Below, one piece after another: positions 1 to 12,800 of a DNA stretch of 64,000 nucleotides; the first letter of the stretch is position 1, and each line of letters begins with the position of its first letter. The stretch is taken from NCBI GenBank assembly GCA_051942245.1, contig JAVECL010000035.1, positions 1 through 64,000 of the forward strand, read 5' to 3'. The notes beneath the pieces were generated by a model. That model was not told the DNA's origin. It was given only the letters and a program-made list of their open reading frames with translations, and did not search any database. This DNA is from Trypethelium eluteriae. Taxonomy: Eukaryota. The translations under genes were made by a program, and so were the position numbers.

Positions 1-995
1 GTGTAGAGGTCGGAGAGGGATTGGTGGGTCGGGGGGAGGCCGGCGCGGAGGGCTTTGGTTTGCAGGAGTTTGGTGGTGTAGGTTTCGGGGAGGAGGAGCA
101 GCTGGCTGAGGAGGATGAGGCTGGCTAGGATGACGATAATCCAGTAGTTCCTTGGTGATGTGAGGGGGATGCTTTGAGTGTGGTTGTGGGGTGTCTCACC
201 ATCGCCATGTTGTATACTGTACAATCCAGCGTTAGCAGTTGGAGACTCTAACTAATGGAAATGCTCACTTGTGATACGAAGCCACCCACGATAGGGGCAA
301 TGACCGGACCCAGAAAGCTAGCGGCTGTGAACAAAGCCATTGGGACAGAGCGTTCGTGTGGAGCCCACATATCCGTGATTGATCCACCCGCGTTAGTCAC
401 TATCGAACTGTCAGGCAATGATTGTATACAATTCGCACGAGTAGTAACTCCAAATACCAGTGGGCGATCCAAAGAAGGCGGCCAGGAAACGAAACATCAG
501 CATTGCAGCAACATTAGGTGCAAGCGCACATCCTAAGTTGAATACCAAAAATGCAAATAGGGTGACGTTGTACACTGGGTTGCGCCCTAAAACTTCTGAC
601 AGCGGAGCAAAGATCAGCGGACCCGTGGCGAAGCCAATGAAAAAGGTGGTGACACCAAGAGTCGATACTGTATTCGAGCAATTGAAGTAGACAGCGACAT
701 CATCGATCGCAGCTGTATGCATGCTGGCGCAGAATCCTATTTGGGTCGTCATGAGGACCACAACCAGCGTCGGCGGCCATTTCTTGCGAGGGGACCAATT
801 TGTCGGAATCTCCTCTGCATCAAGAAAAATCTCTTGCCCAAGAGCATGATCGCCATTTTCAGTGTTGTTCCCTCCAGGATTTGTAACGACAGCTGTCCGT
901 CGAACTTCGAGATCTTGTGGCTGTGGTGGATCGAGGACAATGGCACCTAGGGCTTTCTCGTCGACTTCCATGGCAGAAAATGCCAACGCAGCCAA
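1..995 (-). CDS. MFS multidrug transporter (DHA1 family), 5' part; runs off the window start
   Basis: ORF 411-995 has PTNWSPRKKW, GPLIFAPLSEVLGR and FRFLAAFFGSP. GT-AG intron 457-400 joins it to TNAGGSITDMW...GPVIAPIVGGF, and further exons lead to WRWxYWIIVI...LLLPETY. These are typical DHA1 motifs. Confidence 0.9.
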
Positions 996-1714
996 CCAGC
1001 CGGGGAACTGCAGCGAGTTGATAGAAGAGAGATTGCAAAGGAGAACATCGTGTAGATGACAAATTGGAAAATGCGAATTACAGTTGACCTACCTGTTTGG
1101 TGTATAAGTTGTTGCGCCCTATGACATGTACCTCTTAGGCTCTTACCGGAACTCACTAGTCGGAGTATCTATACTACAGTATACCTAGCGAAAACGTCGG
1201 AGACAAATTGCTACCGGTCAGTCGAAGGTAGCTAAGAAGATCACGTAATCTCGCCCAGCCCGAATACAGTGCATGCCGTATTGGCGCAAGCTAAGCTTTC
1301 TTTCCTTTGCGACACCCGGAAGGATCCCGCTATCCAATTCTCCTACAATATGACTCCTCCTTTTCCAAATAGTCTCCCCTTCTTTGTTCGTCCTGCTAGA
1401 GAGATCAATGCAAGCTACAATTTCTTAGAGCTCCCTAACGAACATTGAGTCGCAACTTGATGGTCACTCACGTTGCCTTAGAGTATTGCTGCGGCAGGAC
1501 CCTGAAGTCGTTGTACGATACGATTGTGATAAACTTTGGTGGCGAAGTCGATGTTCCGTACACCCCAAATTTGTTATCGTCCAGTATTGATCGCATTCGC
1601 CCTGCAGCCGTACGTAACAAGGACTTCACGCACGAAGTGAACTAGTCTCCGCCAACTCCGGCCATCTCCCAAGAACCTGCTAAAGAGCTAGCATTTCAGA
1701 TTTGCAGATTAGGT

Positions 1715-4700
1715 TCAGCCCTCAGCCCGCCCAAGGACTTCCTGATATCTCGATATCTCTAGGTAGTAAGACAGAACCCTTCTCGTGTATGCATGGTCCG
1801 GTCCATACCAGGCTTGGCTTCCTTCCATCGCTCTGGAATAAAAGCTACTGGCTTTCTCTATTCGTTCTTGGCCTTGACTCACCATACCAAGGCCAAGCAA
1901 GCAATCAAGAACTTCGGGGTGATTCTCAACGTAGACCGTCTGGGCTTTTTCTAGGAATTCAGCATACATTTTTTCGGCATTCTCAAGACGTGAAGACTTC
2001 TGTGAATCAGCGTTTCTGAATTTTGTGATGCATTTCTCTGCCTCATTATAACGCTTCTCATGAAGTAAAGAGTGTCCTAATGTGAAAACAATATTTTGTA
2101 TAATGAACATGCCTGTGGTCTGTCCATATTCCAGAGCTTGCTGTAAAATCTCAATAGATTGTTCATATCGTTCTGATTTTTCGTATATTCGCCCCAGGTG
2201 AAGTTGTAATTGTGGCAGCTGGAGAGAGTTTGCATGGCCCTCCCTCAATGTCTTCGCAAGGAGGATCTCAGCCTCTGTGAAGTTTCCTCTCGTTATTAAA
2301 ATACAACCAAGTCGAAGGTCGTATTCGATGCAAAGCATATGTTCTGGTCCCAGTTTGTCGGTGATTTCTCCGCTGCAACGGCGCAGAAGGTCTTCCGCTT
2401 CCATCATCTGCCCTCTATTTGATAGGGCGACAGCTAGCTGGAGGAAGGCACCCATCTTCATGTCGTAAAGCTCTTCGTGCTGCCCACATGTACTGATCAC
2501 GTTTTCAAAGATTTTAATTGATTCCCCCACACGTCCTTCATGGAGAAGTGTTCTCCCCAAACCCATAGATATAGTCGTCATCAAAGGGTGAGTTTGCGAG
2601 AGCCGGGATAATGAAAATTCAAGAGCTTGGCGATAAGATGTCTCTGCAAATTCGCCATCTCTCATCTCATTCGTGAACGCTAAATTGAACATTGCCTTAC
2701 AGAGTTTTACATCGTCTATTCCTGGTAAAGCTTCATAACCCTTCATGGTGCGTCTTAAGTACACCTCGGCAAGTCTGGGTAGATCAGTCCGAATGTAAAG
2801 CATTGCCATTTCGTGGACAGAATCCAAAGTGTCGGAGTTCGAGAATCCAAACTCCTGCTCTTCGAAAGCAAGGACTTGCAAGCGTAGGCTTTTTGCCTTC
2901 TCTAATTGATTTCTCGAGGCATAGAAATTGCTGAATTGAATAGCCGCAGCTCGCAAACTCCATTTCCCCAGCAAATGTGGCGAATCTTTCAGAAATGCTC
3001 GATCATTGCCTAGGCACGCGTCCAAGTGAATATTGACTTCACGGGCAATTTGAAGAGGTAACGGAAGGGCATGATTTGACAGGCAAGAAGCCATGATACG
3101 GATGCTTTCCAATGTGAAAGCTTGACGCTGGCCCGTGGTTAGTCTCAGCTTCATCCATTCACTAATCACAGGATGCAAAGTGACCTCGCATGGGTACGCA
3201 GATCGAAGACTCTACAGCAGGGAAAGTCTGAGCAGCTTGGAAACAACATCACGGTATTGGTATTGATCCCAGTGACTGTCTGATTCGACAACTCTCATCC
3301 ACTCCGGGCGCTGATCAATCGTTGCCTGGAAATGCGCTTCAAAAATGGCTTCAGATATTTTCCCATGATTAAAGAATGCGAAGAGGGTAAATAAATGTAT
3401 GATGTGCTTCTTTTCATCTTCATCCTTACCGATTTGTTGAACAGACAGTTCCCACGTTGTGAAGACACTCAGAGACGTCTCAAGCTCGGTCCCATCGAGC
3501 TTTCTTTTGTACTCCCACTGGTCGGGAATATGTTTTAGCACTGACTCTTTGCAGATCTCAAATTCATCTACGAACGCGTTCACTGGAATGCTTTGTCGGT
3601 CCATATATGCTGCTGCTTGGTCGATCGCCAGCGGAAGATACCCAAGCGCTTTAACGATTGTCTTTGCACTTTCAGCTGATTCGTCATGACGTCCTTGGGA
3701 AAACTGGCTGAGAAGAACATTCACTGCATCCTGTTCAGTCATTTCAGTCACCTGCAGTACTTCTGTGGCAAGTCTCTTGGTATCACCATGCCGGCTAGTG
3801 ATGAGGATTGCTCCATTGTCCGAGTTTGGAAAAAATGATCTAATGTCTGGATGAGCCGCAGGGTCGTCGTAATTGTCGAAGACCATGAGCCATTGAGCCT
3901 TCCAGACTTTCTCAATAGCATGTATTATGATGCGGCAAGCAGCTGCAGTATCCCTGAAAGCACGTGCGCGGCCGGAGATTTGTTCAGCAATGCTTTCAAA
4001 GCTATGAGCAAGCGTTGCATCCGATGTCGCATCTATCCATAGAATCTTTTCGAACCGGTTGTTAGTTGAAAGAAGCCGACAACTCCGAAGAGCCAATTGT
4101 GTCTTCCCCTGACCTCCCATACCAAGTAAGACAACTACCCGTGGTCCGATCGTGGATTTTTCTGCAGCGACTGCTTCTTTAATCTTTTTTAAGAGATCTC
4201 TTCTGCCTACAAAGTGAGTGATTTGGGTTGGAGGCATGTGAAAATAGGTCCCGATAGTAGCAATTTGAGAAGACGGGTCTGCAGGCCGATCCATAACTGC
4301 ATCTGCATGGTAGAGCGTGAGTATGCTCTTGTAACTCTCAAGAAGTCGCTGATATTCGAGGAGTCTCTTCTCATTTGTAATGCTACTAATCGCCTTGTAA
4401 ATGCGTACTCTCTTCCGGTCTCCATCCTCGGGTAATATTCTGTCCAGGAGACCATCTAGTTCTGAGATATGCTCTTTCAACCCCTGAAGAACGGGGATCA
4501 GATTTGCATTAGCATTACCTGTACGAGCGCGATCTAAAAGTTTCTCGCAAATAGGTGTTATCAAAGGTAATTGAACTCTGATTTCGATGAACGTCTTCGG
4601 CACGTTCTTGGCTGTGTCGACATAGTTGTTTACCCGCTTGGCGACCTTCACCGCCAATTCCACCAAACCTAAAATAGCATCAGTAGCTTCTACAGCAGCA

Positions 4701-4726
4701 AGAGCGGTCTCTGCCATATTGCTCAT
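1715..4726 (-). pseudogene. Fungal NLR-like protein: SesA/HeLo-like N-terminal domain + NB-ARC + TPR repeats, with one in-frame TAG at 3212-3214
   Basis: P-loop GMGGQGKT, Walker B WLMVFDNYDD, ILITSR and GYLPLAIDQAAAY. The C-terminal part has kinesin-light-chain-type TPRs (GPEHM, HPEVL, GPDHAYT). ORFs 3212-4726 and 1715-3178 are in the same frame, separated only by TAG and 11 open codons (SLRSAYPCEVT-LHPV). Confidence 0.85.
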
Positions 4727-5366
4727 TCAGTTTGTCGCAAGCGTGCGTAGCTGTTAGGAAAAACAGGGTTAAGAGCGAAAAATCCATTATAAGAGTTTGG
4801 TGTCAGTAAGAAGTGCCCCACACGATAGGGTGATGGAGAGGTTTAACTACAAGATCGCATCGCCAGTCAGGGGTGGCACTTAGGTACCTTAGGTAAGGAA
4901 CGTAAGCGGGGCATGCGGGGCTAAAGTTCTTAAGTACGAAGCTTAGCTACAGACGGGAATAATTAGCGGTCCCTCTCTTCTCACTCTACCTTTCACGCTT
5001 CTCGCCCCCATTGCTTTGGCGCAAGGATCCAAGTGTGTGCCCATTGGCGAAATCGACCCCACCGTCACCAATCTTACCACCGACCGAAATTTCGACGCGC
5101 GAATTCTTTAAGTCCCTGAATTTCGCACCAGTGTTGACGTCTTTTATTGACCAAACCGACCTTCTTATCAAAAATGTGATTGCAAATTTCCTCCCTCGGA
5201 TTGATTATTACAAGTTAGACATCGGGGTGAGTAGAGAGGTTGTTAGGGAAAGGCTAATCAGCAAGGAGACGGGTAGTGGATGTAATACGATTGGAGAGGA
5301 TCAGGAGGCAGTGACATATGGTCGGTGCTGATGTAAGAATGGAAGTAAGCAAGAAGATTGTTCATG
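4573..5366. repeat. Left copy of a diverged direct repeat (5' end of the NLR + intergenic DNA + 3' end of an unknown gene)
   Basis: Aligns by eye with 23988-24892. Examples: gaactctgatttcgatgaacgtc vs gaactctgacttcgatgaatgtc; aaacctaaaatagcat in both; gcgaaatcgaccccaccgtcacc vs gcgaaatcgacctcaccgtcacc; agaatggaagtaagcaagaaga vs agaatggaagtgagcaagaaga. Confidence 0.92.
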
Positions 5367-6296
5367 GATGCGTTAATTGGTATCAGTGGTTCGACTCTGT
5401 CATATATCATATGTGCGACAACGGATTGGTCCTCGACAAACGTAGTATTCGGCCGCATCACGGCGCCGGCGAAAATTGACAAGAAATTTTATGGATAGAT
5501 GACACCATGACGGCCGATAATATCGTGACAACCTTGAGGAATGCGCAGAAGGTCGTCATTGTTGTAGGCTACGGTGTGGCGGTTGCGAAAGCGAAGTACC
5601 CGATTGCGGAGTTTGTGGCTGGGCTGGGGGTCGATGTGAAATTCGCGATCCATCCGGTTGCAATTTCTTGCTTGCGAAGGCCTCAATACCGTACGATATT
5701 GTGCTGGAGATGGATGAGATAAATGAGGAGTGATTGGGGATGTGGATGTCTGATGTTGTAAATTGGGTGGTGAAAGCTTGTAGATTAAGCTATGGAGGCG
5801 AGGATATCTATATACAGGTAGCCAGTTCACAAACCTCACTCCTATTCACGTGATAGGATTGCCAATTTGCTAATAAGATTGCCTTCTCACACATCACATG
5901 CAACATCAATGTCACATAGGTGATTGGTGTGAATGATACTGTGAACCCGATTGCGCTGGAGCCCGGCAGGTGAGTTGCTCGATGTTCTGGGCTTGAGATT
6001 TGAAAAGGCCAACGTTGCTGACTTATTTTCTTCCCAGTCCCATCGCGACTATGCCGATCATCGAAGCCTACAAGAGCAAACAGACCTTCATGACGAAGAA
6101 TGGTTCCAGGACAGAGTACACGGATATTCCCAATCCGCTGTTCTATGCTCCGCCAACTAAGTAACTCAAGTCAGTAAAATTGCATGTGAGTTTGATAATA
6201 TGCTAACGTGGATACCTGGGATGCTGTTCAGCGATGCTAAAGCTGACTGTGATGCAAACAAGACGGCACTTGCTGCTGCTGCTGCGAAAGGTTAAT
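5367..6296 (+). pseudogene. NAD(P) transhydrogenase beta / domain III fragment, degraded
   Basis: Spliced translation gives ALIGISGSTLSYI...VVIVVGYGVAVAKAKYPIAE...VKFAIHPVA, PYDIVLEMDEINE, VIGVNDTVNPIALEPGSPIATMP, PNPLFY and MLFSDAK. The GRMPG motif is deleted, there are stops and frameshifts, and the 5' part of the gene is missing. Confidence 0.88.
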
Positions 6297-6806
6297 GGAG
6301 AAATTATTGGTAGTTATTGTGTTCCCCCCACGTCTTTACATGCTGCGGAGGCAGCGAGTTTGGCGTGAGCATGAGTGTAAAGATACTTCTACCTGGAACA
6401 TTTAATCCGTTGTCGTCATCCATGGTGATGCAGCTCACCCTTGAACCTTGCGATGCTTGACTTGTATTCTATCTGTTCGCGAATAGGGTGAGCTCCAGAC
6501 GAGCTCTCGGGTTCTAGCGGTGCCTGACTGCGAGCTAAGAATTGATCTTGTCATTTACGTTTAAGTAATTTATCGGTGCTCTTAGATCAAGGTCCCAGAG
6601 TCAGTGACGTCATTTCGATAATTTTGTGCCTTCCGCAACGTGAACGCCTCTGCTCGTGCGAATTCGTCGGTCGCTCCACGCCTACGAGAATCTGGTGAAG
6701 TATACGGTTTCGTACGGAAGGATATTTTGCAAAATCTAGAAGCACGTCGAAGCTAAGGATCGCGGGGCGGAGAAATTTCATGAGCTCTTAGAAAAACTCT
6801 CCCGTC

Positions 6807-9800
6807 TTAAGTAGTGTTGTCCCAAGCCTCCTGTCTGTACAAACTCCTCCCAGCAGCTAAAACTCCAAGTGACTTGAAAGTGATCTCGCCCAATAGATCA
6901 AAAATCGCGATATCCGCATTGAGTTTCTTGCCGAACCAATTCCTCAACTCGACAGCTACAAGAGAATCCACGCCATACTGATACAATGGTGTGTCGACAT
7001 CCATATCTTCCATTGCAATCGCGATGGAGGCAGAGAGCTTCTTCATCAGCGCTTCAGTCACAATTGCGCCAGCTTCTCCTAGAGATTTGGCATTTGAAAA
7101 TAAAGATGCGAAGTCTGTGAGCATCTCGTCGCCTCCCGCAGCTGCTCCTGTGCCTGCAACTTGGAATAGATGATTCAGTGTGGGCTGAAACATCCAGGGC
7201 GCCGGATCCAGGCCTTTGGCACCTAAGTTAACTGGGAGCTCAATACCGACTGCGAGTTGGCATTGAGATTCGCTGAGTAATTGCAGCTGTGGGTTGCAGA
7301 AATGGTCCAACAGAGCATGTAATTGTTTTGATAGGATTGGTATCAGCGTACCCGGAGCTTTCATTTTTGCCATAAGGTCAGCGTTTTCTGCAAGTAACCC
7401 TTCTTCATCCATGATGCCAAGATCAAGCGAGACAGCCTTTTCGCCGTTGCGAACCCGAAAAGAGGCCAGCGCATCCATATACGAGCTTCCAGCGGCGTAG
7501 TTAGCAGTTGTCTCTTTTCCGACAACTCCGCAAAGGGAAGAAAGGAGGACGAAGAATTCCATCCTTTTGGGTAGAAGTTTGTGGAGGTTCCAGGAACCGT
7601 CAACCTTGGGATCGATACAAGCCTTCCAATTGTCATACGTCATCTGATTGAATATACCGTCCTGCAAGTTGTTAGACTAGCACGTGTAGTATTAGAGAGT
7701 CCGACATACCCTCAGCACCGCAGTCGCCTGAATACAGCCACGGAAAGGCGGCATCTTTCTGCTGCAATCTGTTAAAGTGGCGTCCAGTGCCACTGCGTCG
7801 GAGACATCGCAGGGTGGTGCTTCAACTTGAGCACCAAGTGCGGTCATCTCTGCCCTGAATGCCGCGTGTTTATCTTGGAATCCAGATCGCGAGAGTAGAA
7901 GGAGATGCTTTGCGCCCCTCTCAGCCATCCATCGTGAGATGCTCCGGCCCAACCCGCCGAGTCCTCCTCCGATCACATAAGTTGCGTTTCCATCGAACAA
8001 GAAACTTGGGGTGGTGTTGATAGTAGCCTGATTTCGTGTCAGCACCAATCATTTGACACCGTGAAAGGACTCATACCCGGATGCGGTCCTGCTTGCGAAG
8101 CTCGATAACGATCTTCCCGATATTCTTACCGCTTTGCATGTATCGGAAGGCCTGCTCGATTTCACGAGTACTATACACCTGAAGCGGCTGTGCAGGCCTA
8201 TAAGTGCTCTGCTTCGTGTGCTCAAAGATATTTTTCATCATTGATTGAACATGCTGCGGCCTAGACGCACCCATAAGAGCCATGTCAACAGCACTGAATG
8301 TAACATTCTTAGCAAATTGATACATGGGAAGTCTCGCGTGTTCTTGAATGTCCCGTTTCCCCAGCTCGATAAAACGGCCATGCGGCGCTATGCATTCCCA
8401 GGACGCAACAAGCGCTTCCCCTGACAATGAATTTAGAACCACGTCAACACCATGGTTCTGGGTCATTCTCTTCACCGCCTTCGCAAAACCGAGATCCCTA
8501 CTATAGAATATTCGATCTTCCTCGATATTGTACGTGTCCATCAGAAGCCGTCTCTTGTCGTCCGTGGAAACAGTGGCGTAAATTGTCGCTCCAATCTGTT
8601 GAGCGATCTCGACTGCAGCCTGGCCTGTTCCACCTGCTGCTGAATGGATTAAAATCGATTCTCCCCGACGCATCCGAGCAATCTCATGTAGAGCATGATA
8701 TGCAGTCGTAAAAGTTGTGGGCATTGAGGCTGCCTCCGCGAAAGATAGGCTTTCCGGTATCAATGCCGCACAAAGGTAGGGGCATCTTGCAAAGGTCCTG
8801 AATATGTCCGGAAACGTTGCAGCAACTCGATCGCCTACCTTGAACATAGCAGAAGCTTGCTCACCAACCCTCGTTATTATCCCAGCGCACTCGGAGCCCA
8901 TAGTCGTCCTCCCATCAAGCCTTCCCAAAGCGATGAGAAGATCCATGAAATTGAGACCCAAGGCACGAACCTCAATTTCAATCTCATTTGTCTGCAACGG
9001 AGTCAAATAAGCCTCATCTTCGTAGAATTGAAGCGAATCTAGAAGACCAGGAGACTCGATTCCAAGGTATAGTGGTGGTCCCTCTGCAAACTCCTGCATC
9101 TTTCTCTGCTTCCTAGCCGCCTGGCGCTCAATGATGTGGTCGAAGGCACGCGCTTCGACAAGCCTATTGGAATGTAGAACACCTGCTCTGATACGGAATT
9201 CGGGCTCATAAGTATCACCAATTGAAAGAGACATGATCATGTTGACTATCTGTGATAGACAATCGTATGATCGAGATTCCCCGACTTCTAGTTGGAGTGT
9301 GACTAGTATCTGCTGGGGATTTTCGGTCCTCAGAACCCGAGCAAGTCCATCAACAATGCCCAAACTCGCAGATCCCACAGACCCGGAAGCTTGCGTCACC
9401 CAGAGCGTCCTCGCACCTGATGTTAGGAGTTTTCTTAATGCCATGAAATCGTCTGGACCGGGCTGTAGTAAAATATTCGAGTCGATCTCTAACATAATGA
9501 TATTTAGGACCTGATCATGCAGTGGTTCACGGGCCGCCTCTTTCAGTGATGTTATAATGCGGCCCGTGCCACCTACATGATTGATGTGATCCTGAATCTG
9601 TTTCGCCAAGCCTTGCTGATTCTCATCATCTGGCAAGGCCAGGACCCTTGCGTCCGAAACGACGGGAGGATCGAATGTAGTTTCTTCAGCTGCGGTGAAG
9701 ATCATTATGCTAGTCTCCTGGCACCACATGTCCCTATAGTCGTCCAGAACCAGCTCTACCTCGTGGAAGCCATTGTTCATTGCGATTTCATTCCAGCGCT

Positions 9801-12800
9801 GCTTCGAAACAGTCGGGCTCCAATGCCTCTCAGATTCCGTTGCTCCCAACCACCAACCAGGGAGCAGACCAAATATGAACCCGCATCCGAGCTGATCAGG
9901 TTGCGTCACTTCAAGTAGGATGAGTTTGCCACGAGGTTTCAAAAGCTTGCGAACATTGCTCAAAGTGGTTTCGAGATCCCTAGTTGCATGCAGCACACTT
10001 GCCGCAACCACTAAATCGTAGGTTTCTTCCTTGAATCCCTGGCTAACGGGGTTCTCTTCGATATTCAGCGCGTTGTATCTGATCTTTCCATTCAAGTCCA
10101 AGAACGTGGCTTGTGCATCTGCGAAGAATGAGCGAGAAAGGTCCGTGAAATCGTATTGTCCTAACAAAGTAGTACGGTCTTCTTCCATAAATCCAAGGGA
10201 TCGCAATATATGGGCAGTCATTCCACCGGTACCAGCTCCTACCTCGAGAATCTTCATTCCCGGGTTTTTGTGCGCAAGCAAGTCGAGATATTTGGTGAGA
10301 GGGTCTCGGTAACGTGCGCTGTCGGCAATGTCTCTATAGTAATCCTTTGCCAGGTCACCACTGAAGAGCAGCCCAAGAGGATCCATGTCTCCTTCTAAGA
10401 TCTGATCTAAGTTCCGACCGACTTCAACGTAGAACTTTCCTTGCATACATTCTTCTTCAACCCTGCGTCTGACCCTGTTCATACGCGCGTCGTCATGCAA
10501 AGCCAAGGCCCAATGAGGGTCAACTGTTGGCAAATTGCCCTTATTGAATTCATCGAGTTTGTGCCTGGTCCATGCAACGTACTTTTGGATGTGGATAGGA
10601 TAGTTGTCTAGGCATTTCTCTTCCATTTTTTGAGCAATCTTAGCAATGCAGCCAAGAACGAAGAGTCGAACATCCTTCCAGAATGAAACAGGTTCCGGTG
10701 ATTTAGGATAGGCGCTTGCACAGTAGTCCAGTAGCTGAGACTTCTCTAGAAGGTCAACGTCTGGTTTCCAGTCAACGACATAGCATAACCGTAGGTCTTC
10801 ATTAGCTGATTGGGGTCCAGTAGAGTCGTCCGCCACGATCGAAGCTTGTAGGCCTTCGGCGATGAGACGCGTCTCTTCGGTCCTGGCATCAACCCCGAGG
10901 ACATGTGCGTTCCTACGAGACCCGTGACCATCAGTTTGAGCGTATACTGGTAATGAAGTCCGCTCAGGAGAACTGAGGCAATCGGCTGAAACCCATAACT
11001 TGTACAAACGTGTTGGTATCATGGTCGGCATCCGTTCGGCGCCGCCTTTGGAAAAAGCTGCGAAAGCAAGCTGGAAAATACCGTCGAGCGACGTAGGGTG
11101 GATGACGTGAGACTGAGGGTAGTTTGAACTTTCTTCAGGTACCCAGGTATAAAGAGTCAGCTCTCCGGAAGCTTCTCCGTCGTCATTATAGGACGCCTCA
11201 CGGAGTCTCTGAAAACATGGGCCATAATCCAAACCGCAACCTTGCAAACACCTGTACAGCTGCTTCAAGTCGACCTTTTGATCGCATCTTCTGACACCAG
11301 CAGCATATTGTACTTTATGAATTGATGTCTGCTTGGTGACTTCATCCTCGATTTGGTTGCCGTCATCGCCATCTTTGTATTCGACTCTTACGTAGCCGCG
11401 GCAGACGTCGGTCCATTCACCATTAGTCAAGGCGTAAAGATGGAATTCAGACCAGGGGCTGCTTGAAGATGATTGAAGTGAAAATTGAGTATCGACCCCA
11501 TCGCCGATCGGTGGGATCGAAAGGGCTGTTGAGAAGACAACTTCTTTCAAGCTGAACCCGGTGATTATAGAATTGATACTTGCTGTTTGCTTTACTGCCT
11601 CAATCGCCATCACTAACATGCCAGCCGCAGGATAGAGAATCGTGCCGGAGATCTGCTTCCTACTTAGCTACATTTTCTATAGCTTTGGGGAATACAAACC
11701 TGATGGTCTTCGACCCACGGGAGTTCAGAAATCCGAATAGTGTGACGCCACCTGGCTTGGTACGGATTCCAATCTGGAACTGGAGTGCCGAGGAGATCCA
11801 AGCGCGGCATATTTCTGAACCGAAAGGCTTTGCTGAGGCGACTTTCCGACCAGTAAGCTTTCGAATGGTCGAATGGATATTGAGGAAGGTCGACGAGCAT
11901 AGGCGGCGAGCGCTTTGTCGTTATTGCTGACCTATTCAATGATTCAACATCGACTGGATAACCTGCACAGCTCAGACGACCAGCTGCATCCAGAATGGTG
12001 TCCGTCGCCGATTTAAACCGGCTTATGGTCGGAATGTACTGGATTGAGCTTTTCTGCGGCAACTGATTCAGAATTTCTCTGATAGGCCCCTGTAAAACGG
12101 AATGGGGTCCTATCTCGAGCAGATGGTCGATTTTCAAGGTGCAGCGATGGCTGAGATCCAGCTTCTTCTTGATCGTCTTACCGGATTCCCCACAGACGAG
12201 ACCCAAAGCTTCCGAGAATTTAACTTGGGAAAGCATGTTTCGAAGCCAATAGCTGGGTTCACGAAGATCTTCTTGGGTTGCAGTCTTGCCAGTTACGCTC
12301 GAGACCATCATCGCAGGTGCAACAGCTGGAAAATGACTGTCTGCTTCCAAACGCCCAATTTCGTCGAGGTAAGACGCTGCGATCACGGTCATGTGCTCTG
12401 AATGATATGCCACCTGAACCTTGAGTTTGCGGGAGAATATGTCATGATCGTCAAGCATCGTTTTCAATGCGTCAATTTGCTCCTCATTACCGCTGATCGT
12501 CAGATTGTTCGGACTATTGACACAACCAACGCACAGTGCTAGATAACCGAATCGAATCACCAGCTGGTCGAAATACACGTCAGTATCTTCTACGCGGAGT
12601 GCAACCGAAAGCATCGCGCCACATCTGCTGCTGGGTTCGGATACCAATGTCGATGCAAGCGAGCCTCGAAAGTAGGCAAGCTTCCAGGCTGATTCGCGTG
12701 ACAGAGCGCCAGTGGAGTAGCTATTGGTATGTTATCATGGCGCCGCACACCTAAACTACTTGTCCACTTACGCTGCAGCAATTTCTCCGGATGAATGTCC

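Noticed and set aside
1421..6795. Possible terminal inverted repeats (tttcttagagctc at 1421 / gagctcttagaaa at 6782) around the NLR and transhydrogenase relic
   Set aside because: Only 13 bp with one mismatch, it does not extend, and there is no target-site duplication or transposase; compatible with chance.
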